From: a virus
DNA: 53,669 nt
Virus record (IMG/VR): IMGVR_UViG_3300045988_178360
Reading direction: 5' to 3' (one strand)
Under the pieces are notes generated by a model that was not told the origin of the DNA, ran no database searches, and saw only the letters and a program-made list of their open reading frames with translations. Each line of letters starts with the position of its first letter. Position 1 is the first letter of the stretch. This document shows positions 9,179 to 17,400 of this stretch, one piece after another. The translations under genes and the position numbers were made by a program.

Positions 9179-10054
9179 ATGTCTATAATTACATTAAGTG
9201 CTGAAAAAGCATTAAGAAAAGAGTTCATTGAAAGAGCAATTATCACTAAAATGAACCCGCAATTAATTTTTAAGGATTTATTCCCAGTTGTTGATTTAGG
9301 TGGTTCATCCACATTCATGTTCTATCGTGATGATGAATCTGCAGAAGATGACATTCAAAAAGGAGTCATGAGTGAACCATTAGAGATGAGTGAATTAGGT
9401 GCAATGTCTAAGATTAAAGTATCATCTATCAGTAAAGAACTTGGAGATACTTATCAATTTGGTTACAGTATTGAATTCTCTGACAAAATGAAAAGAGAAA
9501 ATGGTTTCATTGATGAGGTAATGAGAGCATACGACAGAGCAGCTTATGGTATGGCAAGGAAAATTAATTTAGATATTTTCAATGCTATTGACACTTTCGC
9601 AGCTGCTGATCCAATTACTTTAAATGATGGGGCTTGGAAAACATCTTCAAAAATCAATGAAGATATTATTGACATGAAAAAATCATTTGAAGGTCAAGTT
9701 GGTTGGGATTATACTTTAACTGATTTATTCACTCCAACTGACAATTACTACGAAGTTCAAAAATTCTACTCCGCATTAGATACTTTTAACCCATCAAATA
9801 CTGAAGGAACTAAATTAACTAATGTTAAAACAGTTATTCCTAAAGGAACTGTTTACGGTATTGATAAGAACATTAAACCATTAACCATTTATAAAAATAT
9901 TGATTCAGACCATTCTACTGTTGAAGGTGGTTTAATCAATGTTAATGTATGGGAAGACCCTAAGTTCCCATTCAAACATCATATTGAGTTATGGGCTGAA
10001 ATGGGTATTGCAAGCAAACATCCAACCGCCATGTTAAAACAAACTGGAGTTTAG
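9179..10054 (+). CDS. Major capsid protein (putative HK97-fold)
   Basis: 291 aa in the canonical position after the scaffold, with a strong AGGAGG RBS. Size fits a capsid protein. Confidence 0.45.
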   Translation: MSIITLSAEKALRKEFIERAIITKMNPQLIFKDLFPVVDLGGSSTFMFYRDDESAEDDIQKGVMSEPLEMSELGAMSKIKVSSISKELGDTYQFGYSIEFSDKMKRENGFIDEVMRAYDRAAYGMARKINLDIFNAIDTFAAADPITLNDGAWKTSSKINEDIIDMKKSFEGQVGWDYTLTDLFTPTDNYYEVQKFYSALDTFNPSNTEGTKLTNVKTVIPKGTVYGIDKNIKPLTIYKNIDSDHSTVEGGLINVNVWEDPKFPFKHHIELWAEMGIASKHPTAMLKQTGV

Positions 10055-10060
10055 GTATTT

Positions 10061-10231
10061 ATGGGTTTGAAATTTAAATACCGTGATTTATGGTACCATG
10101 GTAAATTAGTACCTAAAAGAGTTTATGAGCAGTTAGAAGACTTGCAAAAACAGATTGATGAGTTGAAAACTGCTCAACAAACTAACCAAGACAGTAGTAA
10201 AGAATCTGAACCACAAGAAGGCGGTAGTTAA
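10061..10231 (+). CDS. Small protein (56 aa), paralog of the next ORF
   Basis: Not in the supplied track because it is under 60 aa. It reads MGLKFKYRDLWYHGKLVPKRVYEQLEDLQKQIDELK and shares YEQLEDLQKQI[DE]E with 10232-10501. Confidence 0.4.
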   Translation: MGLKFKYRDLWYHGKLVPKRVYEQLEDLQKQIDELKTAQQTNQDSSKESEPQEGGS

Positions 10232-10501
10232 ATGCCTTTGAAGTTTAGGTTTGTGGAATTGTTCAAAGGAAGATTCCCAATTCCTAAATTTCTTTATGAA
10301 CAATTAGAAGATTTGCAAAAGCAGATTGAGGAACAACACATCGTTAAAGAAGATGTTAAAATAAACAAGACTCAATTAACTAAAGCTTTCGGTAAACCTG
10401 AAGAGTTTAGAGGAATGGGTATTGTTCGCAATCCTGAAGCAGTTTATTTAATTGTTTCAAATGGGAAGAATTTTGAAAAGTTTGAATTTAAAGAAGTTTA
10501 G
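10232..10501 (+). CDS. Small protein (89 aa), tandem paralog of 10061-10231
   Basis: FLYEQLEDLQKQIEEQ motif, with a TAAATG junction to the previous ORF. Confidence 0.45.
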   Translation: MPLKFRFVELFKGRFPIPKFLYEQLEDLQKQIEEQHIVKEDVKINKTQLTKAFGKPEEFRGMGIVRNPEAVYLIVSNGKNFEKFEFKEV

Positions 10502-10513
10502 GGAGGGATTAGT

Positions 10514-11293
10514 GTGTTGAGAATGGAAGAATATTACAAGGTTTTGCATTTTCTTGAGTTTGATGGAGTTGATAGGATTTACCCTTGTGAGAAATATTTT
10601 TTAGATGGTGAGGGGAATAATGTTCCGTATACTGGAGAGTTATTATGGGAAACTAATCGTGAAACTTTTTCAGGGATAGATTATGTTACTGTTTTATTGG
10701 AATCTGATAAGAGTTTCTCAACATCCGACCTTCGATTTGAATTGTCCGAATACTTGCAAGGTTATAGTCCAGTTCTTGTTTTAAATGTGGAAGACCCTGT
10801 AACTATTCCGGAGAACACTCCAACTAAAGTTGTGTTTAAGTTGAAGAAGTCCCAGCAAATGGTGGATTCTTCAAGGAATTTAACTGGGATTAGAAGTTGT
10901 CATTTAGTTGCACCTGAAGAGGATAATTATATTATTCATGAGATTGCGTTTCGTAATGATAATACTATGTATACTCTTGAGCAGTTAGATAGGTTTATTG
11001 AGAATGGTAGGTATTATATTGCTTCAAGATTGCATATTACTGAAGCAGAATTGCCTTTTGAATTAAAAGACCATGTTTATACTGCTGCTGCAGGGTATGC
11101 TTGGTTGAGTGTATGGGAATTTGAAGCAAGAATCATGAATGATGAGCAGAAAAATGCTAAATCTTATGGTAAGTGGTTGTTTGCAGAAGTAGACCAAGCA
11201 ATAGCTGATTATAAAGAAATGAAGGGAATAGCTGATGATGATGAGTTATTCGTAATGGATGATTTAGTTACTTACACTTGGTCTAAATGGTGA
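10514..11293 (+). CDS. Head-tail connector / adaptor candidate (259 aa)
   Basis: Position between the capsid and tail genes only. Confidence 0.3.
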   Translation: MLRMEEYYKVLHFLEFDGVDRIYPCEKYFLDGEGNNVPYTGELLWETNRETFSGIDYVTVLLESDKSFSTSDLRFELSEYLQGYSPVLVLNVEDPVTIPENTPTKVVFKLKKSQQMVDSSRNLTGIRSCHLVAPEEDNYIIHEIAFRNDNTMYTLEQLDRFIENGRYYIASRLHITEAELPFELKDHVYTAAAGYAWLSVWEFEARIMNDEQKNAKSYGKWLFAEVDQAIADYKEMKGIADDDELFVMDDLVTYTWSKW

Positions 11294-11299
11294 TTTGAG

Positions 11300-11752
11300 A
11301 TGAGTGTTTGGGAGCAGATTCTTATTGATTTAAGAAACATTATACAAGACTCTGAAACTTTTCATGATGTTGATGTGTATTATGATGAATCGGAAATGAA
11401 TCCGAATATTTCTTTACCAGCAATATCATTTCGTGTTGGTTTGAAAACAACCATATCATCAAAACCAGAGTGCAGTAGGTATAAAAGAGATTTGGAAATC
11501 AGATTGCATACTAAAACATTGGATAAACGAGAATTACAATCCGAATTATATGATTATGAGGAAGCATTAATCCGCACAATAAATCAGGCGAAATTATCTC
11601 ATAAGATAGGGGATTTTTATGATATAAAAGACACTGGTTCGGGTAAATTAAGTGTTTTAATGTTTAATGCAAGGAAAGAAGCAGGGCAAATGAATGAAAC
11701 ATTCTTTTCAAACTTATTAAAGGTTAATTTTGAGGTAGAGTATGAAATTTAA
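11300..11752 (+). CDS. Head-tail joining / tail completion candidate (150 aa)
   Basis: Position only. Confidence 0.3.
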   Translation: MSVWEQILIDLRNIIQDSETFHDVDVYYDESEMNPNISLPAISFRVGLKTTISSKPECSRYKRDLEIRLHTKTLDKRELQSELYDYEEALIRTINQAKLSHKIGDFYDIKDTGSGKLSVLMFNARKEAGQMNETFFSNLLKVNFEVEYEI

Positions 11753-11954
11753 ATATATTGGTGAAAACAACACCTATTGCTTGGAATTATTAGCATATAA
11801 TATAATGAGCAAAAAAGATAATTTGAAGAAAGGTCAAGTTATAGAAGTTCCAGATGAAAATGCAGTACTTATAAATGCATTAAATGCTTCTGGAGTATTT
11901 GTAAAACTTGATTTCAATAAAAACACCACTAAAAAGAATAAAAAAGGAGAATAA
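11742..11954 (+). CDS. Small structural-module protein (70 aa)
   Basis: Short ORF overlapping its neighbours within the operon. Confidence 0.3.
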   Translation: MKFKYIGENNTYCLELLAYNIMSKKDNLKKGQVIEVPDENAVLINALNASGVFVKLDFNKNTTKKNKKGE

Positions 11955-11959
11955 ATAAT

Positions 11960-13075
11960 ATGGGAGAATTAGCACCATCACTAACTTACCATTATTGGGG
12001 AATGGGATATGATGACTCATCCAAAGGGATGAAAGTACTCACCAGAGGAACAGAATTCGACCATCAAAAAGAAATAACTTTTGAAGATGATGAAGGACAC
12101 ATGGGTACTGGAACTACTAAGATGAGTGCATATCGTGCAACTGCAACTGCAGCCCCATCATGGACAGATAAAACAAGGTATAAAGAAGGTTGGGAGGATA
12201 TATGGTACTTATTATTAGGTTCTGAAGATGCAGTTTCACATAAAGTGAGAAAATCAACTGTAGATGGAGCAACCGGAGTATTTGATTATATCTTCGCACA
12301 AAATGCAACCAATCCACAAGACCCATTATTCTGTACCGTGTTTAATGGTTTTGCAAAAACAACTAAAGATGCATTTGTGTATGAAAACTGTTTACTTAAC
12401 GAGTTTGAATTAACTGGAAGTAATGAGGAAGCTCCAACTTACACCGCAACTTTTGCAAGTAATTATCCGAAGTTTAATCAGCCTAATCCTGCAAGAGTTT
12501 TCCCGAAAAGAACAGTATTCACAAAACCATCTGAAGTAACCTTGTATATTGCCCCTCAAGGAGAGTATACTGCGGAAACTGATTTGGAGCAATATAAATA
12601 TCCTTGTTTCATTGAATGGAGTTTGAATGTTAATAACAATGTTGAAACTCAACCATGTTCAAGTGATGATTTCGGTACTTCAACTAAAGTATTAGGCGAC
12701 CGTGAAGCAGAGTTCAGTGCTACTGTACCATGGACTGAAGCAACCAAATTCCTTGAATATCAATTCATGGGTAATGATAAGAATGCTACAAATGTATCTG
12801 AAGAAAATGATATTAAAACAGTTTGGATTGTTATGAAATCTGCGGAAATATTATCTGCAGAGGGAACTGGAACTGGTAAATATTACACCACCACAATTAA
12901 AATACCTGAAATTGTTTTAACTGCAGGGGACTCTGACCAAGCAGGTGATGAAGCAAAACAAATTGTTTTAGAAGGTAAAATACAAGAGAATGGTACCGAT
13001 AGTTTCATTGAAGCTGAAATCCGTACTGATTTAGCAAACCTCAATGTTGGAGTCGCTCCAACAAGTTCACCATAA
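11960..13075 (+). CDS. Major tail protein candidate (371 aa)
   Basis: It sits immediately upstream of the chaperone pair and tape measure, with a strong RBS. Confidence 0.4.
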   Translation: MGELAPSLTYHYWGMGYDDSSKGMKVLTRGTEFDHQKEITFEDDEGHMGTGTTKMSAYRATATAAPSWTDKTRYKEGWEDIWYLLLGSEDAVSHKVRKSTVDGATGVFDYIFAQNATNPQDPLFCTVFNGFAKTTKDAFVYENCLLNEFELTGSNEEAPTYTATFASNYPKFNQPNPARVFPKRTVFTKPSEVTLYIAPQGEYTAETDLEQYKYPCFIEWSLNVNNNVETQPCSSDDFGTSTKVLGDREAEFSATVPWTEATKFLEYQFMGNDKNATNVSEENDIKTVWIVMKSAEILSAEGTGTGKYYTTTIKIPEIVLTAGDSDQAGDEAKQIVLEGKIQENGTDSFIEAEIRTDLANLNVGVAPTSSP

Positions 13076-13132
13076 AAACATGGTGAATTTTTATATTTTT
13101 TTTAATTAATTTTATAGGATAGTAAGTATATT

Positions 13133-13711
13133 ATGTCATTTAACGCAAGGAAAATAAATTTCTGTGGAAAAGAAAGAAAATTCAAAAGATGTCCGAACAG
13201 AACAATAAAAGATTTCCAAAAAAGAATTGAGAACATACAAGAGGAATTAGAACCATTAACCGATAAAAATCGTGAATTCCAATTTGCTTCTCAAGAAATA
13301 AATGATGAGATAGAAACAATCAATAAACATATTGAATTATTAGAAAAGTTGGATGAACCAACTGATGAAGAAATCAGACAATCTTTAGATTTAAACCAAT
13401 CTAAAGTACAGTTGCAGAAAGAATTGCATAAGTTAATCAATGATAATGAGTTGAGTATGAGGAATGAGAAAGATTTCTTTAAAGATATTGATAAAAAATT
13501 AATGGATACTTATGCGGAATTTGCAACACTTATTTTTGATAAATTTGAGTTCGAAGAGTTTGAAGAAGAAGCAGACTCAACAGACCTTGTTATAGCACCT
13601 CGTTTAAGTGAATTGTACCGTTTATGTACAAGTGGAGCTAAACAAGCAGAAGTGGATAAAGTTTATCGTAAAATTATAAAAGACAATATTGAATCATCAT
13701 TTCAATCCTGA
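13133..13711 (+). CDS. Tail assembly chaperone (G-like)
   Basis: Acidic coiled-coil protein directly upstream of the tape measure. It overlaps the next ORF, which is in a different frame. Confidence 0.5.
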   Translation: MSFNARKINFCGKERKFKRCPNRTIKDFQKRIENIQEELEPLTDKNREFQFASQEINDEIETINKHIELLEKLDEPTDEEIRQSLDLNQSKVQLQKELHKLINDNELSMRNEKDFFKDIDKKLMDTYAEFATLIFDKFEFEEFEEEADSTDLVIAPRLSELYRLCTSGAKQAEVDKVYRKIIKDNIESSFQS

Positions 13712-14015
13712 TGATGATGAGATAACACAAGATAAAAAAGAAGATAGCAAACCTGTATCTCAAATGATAGAGGAAGCTATGTTAGATGAATATTTTTTAC
13801 TTGTAAGAAGAATTCCGGGGATTTCATTATCTCCAAAGGAATACTGGGAGTTGGATACGTTCACTACACAGTATTTGCTTGATTTGGAGAAAGAAATAAT
13901 GAAAGAAGAGGAGAAGTCTTATAAAGGTAAGAAATCTCATAATTATACAGAATTTTCTGATAAAGACAGTCCTGAAATGGTGGATATTGTAATGGAATTA
14001 ACAGAGGATGCATAA
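13689..14015 (+). CDS. Tail assembly chaperone frameshift extension (GT-like)
   Basis: Overlaps the 3' end of 13133-13711 in the +1 frame. The candidate slip site is tca-ttt-c at about 13697-13703. Confidence 0.4.
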   Translation: MNHHFNPDDDEITQDKKEDSKPVSQMIEEAMLDEYFLLVRRIPGISLSPKEYWELDTFTTQYLLDLEKEIMKEEEKSYKGKKSHNYTEFSDKDSPEMVDIVMELTEDA

Positions 14016-14409
14016 AAATATGTTTAGTTTAGATACAACTCCATGGAAACAATGGTTAGAACATACTAAAGAAGCAGTTAAGCAGATGGATATGTTAATG
14101 GAGTCTAAATATGCAGTAACTATAAGAGAGGTTACTACTCCATTAGTTCCATTGAAAACTGGTAAATTAATTGGGAGTTTCATTACAGATTTAAGCAGTA
14201 CTTTCCCAGTTACTGAAATGACTTTTGGATACTCAGCATATGATGAGAAGAGTGGTTTTAATTATGCTGAATATCAGCATGATATTATTAAAACACATCA
14301 ACATCCAATTCAAGGAGTTCAATTTTATCTCCGTAAAGGTATTTATCATGCTCAAGAAACTGTTTTTACAGAGATTGAAGAGGATTATTTAAGCTGTTTT
14401 CACATTTAA
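14008..14409 (+). CDS. Hypothetical tail-module protein (133 aa)
   Basis: ORF between the chaperone and the tape measure. Confidence 0.3.
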   Translation: MHKNMFSLDTTPWKQWLEHTKEAVKQMDMLMESKYAVTIREVTTPLVPLKTGKLIGSFITDLSSTFPVTEMTFGYSAYDEKSGFNYAEYQHDIIKTHQHPIQGVQFYLRKGIYHAQETVFTEIEEDYLSCFHI

Positions 14410-14463
14410 ATGTGGAGGCAGTATTTTTTTTAAACTTTTTTTTAAAGGAGGTTATGGTTTAGT

Positions 14464-17400
14464 ATGGCTAATATGGGAAATGCCGTAACTGCAATGTTAA
14501 AATTAGATGCTACTGATTTTACAAACAATATTAACCGTGCAGTTTCTGCAATAGATAAATTACAAACTAAAGCAAATAGTAATAAATCATTTTCTAAATT
14601 GGCTAACAGTTTAGCTACATTCCGTAGAGAATTAAATAAACTTGAGTCAACCTCTTCTGTTTCAAGTGAAGCTTTAACTAAATTATCATCAAACATTACA
14701 AGAATAGGTAATGCTTTGACTGTGGTTAAGAAGTTTGAAACAGAAGTGCAAATTTTTAGTAAAATGGCAAATAGTGTAGGTCAGTTTACTCGTGCTTTAA
14801 TGAATTTAAACAATACACAAAGGCAAACCAGTTCAATATCAAATCAAACAACCAATAGTATTAGAACTATGGGAACCAGTTTGAATACTGTAAAATCAAG
14901 TACTACTGGATTAACAAGTAGTTTGAATAGTGTGGGAACTGCAGGTAGAACTGCTTCAAGTGGTTTAAACTCAACATCAACAAGTTTAAATTCAATAAGT
15001 AGCTCTGCAAGCAGTGCAGTAAGTAGTTTAAACTCAACTGCAACAACTTTGAATACAATAGGATCTAGAATAAACAGCACATTTACTGGTTTATCTGCAA
15101 AAGCAAATAGTGCAAGCACCAGTATTAAAAATGTAGGTACAAGTACAACAACAGTTTCAAATAGTGTTGGAGGATTGGGTAAATCAGCATCTTCAAGTGC
15201 AACCGGTTTTAATACTTTAAATAATAGTATTAGTAAATCAAGTCAAACTGCAAAAGCAGCTGATGGAAGATATAAAACATTATCCAATACATTATTTAGT
15301 CTTCGTGGGATTACCAGTATGGTTGGAGCAATGTTCGCATTCCAATTAGTGCAAGGATTTATAGACAGTACACAACAAAGTATTCATGCCAAATCTCAAA
15401 TGGAAGCCTATCAGAAAACAATGGGTATGAGTGAACATGCAGTGGATTCTTTTAATAAGAAATTAAATGAAACTGTAAGCACCTATAAAAAAATGAATAA
15501 GTACAGTCTTGGTGAAACTGTTGCAGGATTAGGTATTGAGTTTAACCTTACAGGTAAACAAATGGAAGGCATGATGAAAACTGTTGCAAGATTGCAATCA
15601 GAATATCTTCGTGCAGGTCGTTCTGCAGAGGAAGCAGACTTAGCAGTTAAAGATATTATGCAAGGAGAATTCCTCCGTTTAAGTCGTGAAACTGGTGTTG
15701 GTAAAGAGGATTTGAAAGCTCTTGGTTGGAGTGGAGATACAAAAGATATTGAATCATTGCAAAGAGCATTAGATAAAGTAGCTGAACAAAGAAATTGGGA
15801 TGCTTTTGCTCAACAAGCAACAAGTTTAAGTGATGTTTTAGCAATTCTTAAAAATCGTTTTGGTGAATTCGTAGCTGATTTAACGAGTATTATTACCCCC
15901 GGGATTGTTGGTGCTTTTAACCTTATAAGTGATGTTTTTGGTAGTGTTGAAGGATGGTATAAGAATTCCAGTTTCTTCACTCAAGGAATGACTCAATTTT
16001 TAGGTGTTGCTTCTGCTTTAGCTGTTTTAACTACTGGTTTAATTGCTTTTAAAGGACATATGGGTTTGGCTGAGATTGCTTCCGCAGGTTTTGGTAGGAG
16101 TTTATTAGGTGTTGCTTTAGGTTTTGATAAAACAACTATTGCTTCAACTTCTGCTATGACTATGTTGAAAGCATGGATTGCTGGAACTAATACTGCTATT
16201 GGTAAAGAATTATCTTTTGGTCAGGCGATTGCAAGTAGGATTTTAGGTTTGAATCGTGCAAGTGTAGCTACTAATGGTGTTGTTACTTCATTAATTGGTA
16301 TGTCTAGAGGTATGAAAGTTGCTAAAGATGGGACTCTTTTAGCAAATTCTGCACTTAAAGCTTATAGGTCTGGTACAATTGCTTTTAAGGAAGCGGAAAC
16401 TGCATTGAATGGTATTTTACAAGCTAATGGTGTGCAGTTTAAATTAACTTCAAGTATGATTTCAGCATATGCTGCGAGAATGGATGTTGCGAAGATGAGT
16501 AGTTTGTCTTTTGTACAGAAATTAGCAATGTTAAATCCAAATATTTCAGCTACTCAGGCTTCAACTATGAAAACAAGCCAAGCATTGAAGGCATTTGCAG
16601 GAAGTAGTGCTGCGGCAGGATTGGCAGTAACTGGTGTTTTAATAGTGGCTTTGATTGCATTAGCAGCAGCATTTGCAGCAATTTATGATAAATGTCAGCA
16701 AGCTAAACAAGCAGTTGAGGGTTTTCAAGATGTGGTTGAGAATGGTGATGACTACATAAAAGATGCTAAAAATCGTGAGAAGTACTGGACTGGAGTAATG
16801 AATAGTGCTAAACAACATAAAGCAAATGCTACTAATGCAAGGGATTCTGCAGATGCGGAGAAATATTTAGCCCATGCTACAAACATGGCTAAATCTGCAA
16901 ACATGGATTATCAAGCATCACTTAAAGCAGTTCAACAAGCAAGAAGTTATGACGCTCAACATAAAGCACAGGAACTGAAGATACAAGGGGAAAATACACA
17001 GTTCCTCCAAGAACAATATAAAAAATTAGGTTTAAGTGAAGATGAGGCAGCTTATAAAGCTAATAATTTAGCGAGAAGTGTTGAAGAAGGGAATCGTGTT
17101 ATTAATGAATCTCTTCAAAAACAAGCTTTGTATTTAGACCAACATAACCAATCAATTAGTAATCATATAGACCGTTTAAGAGATGGGGGTGCGAGTACTA
17201 AAGCAACTACTAAATACCTTGATGAGCAAAGTGCGGAAGTATATAAAGTAAGTGAAGCTTGGAAAGCATTTAATCAAGGTGATATGTGGGCAGGTGCTAA
17301 AGCAATGGTTGGTGAATTTAAAATATGGTGGAATGATTTAAATTCATATTTCACGGAGGGAATCCCTTTAGATAAATCTTTTGAGATGATGGGTCAGGAT

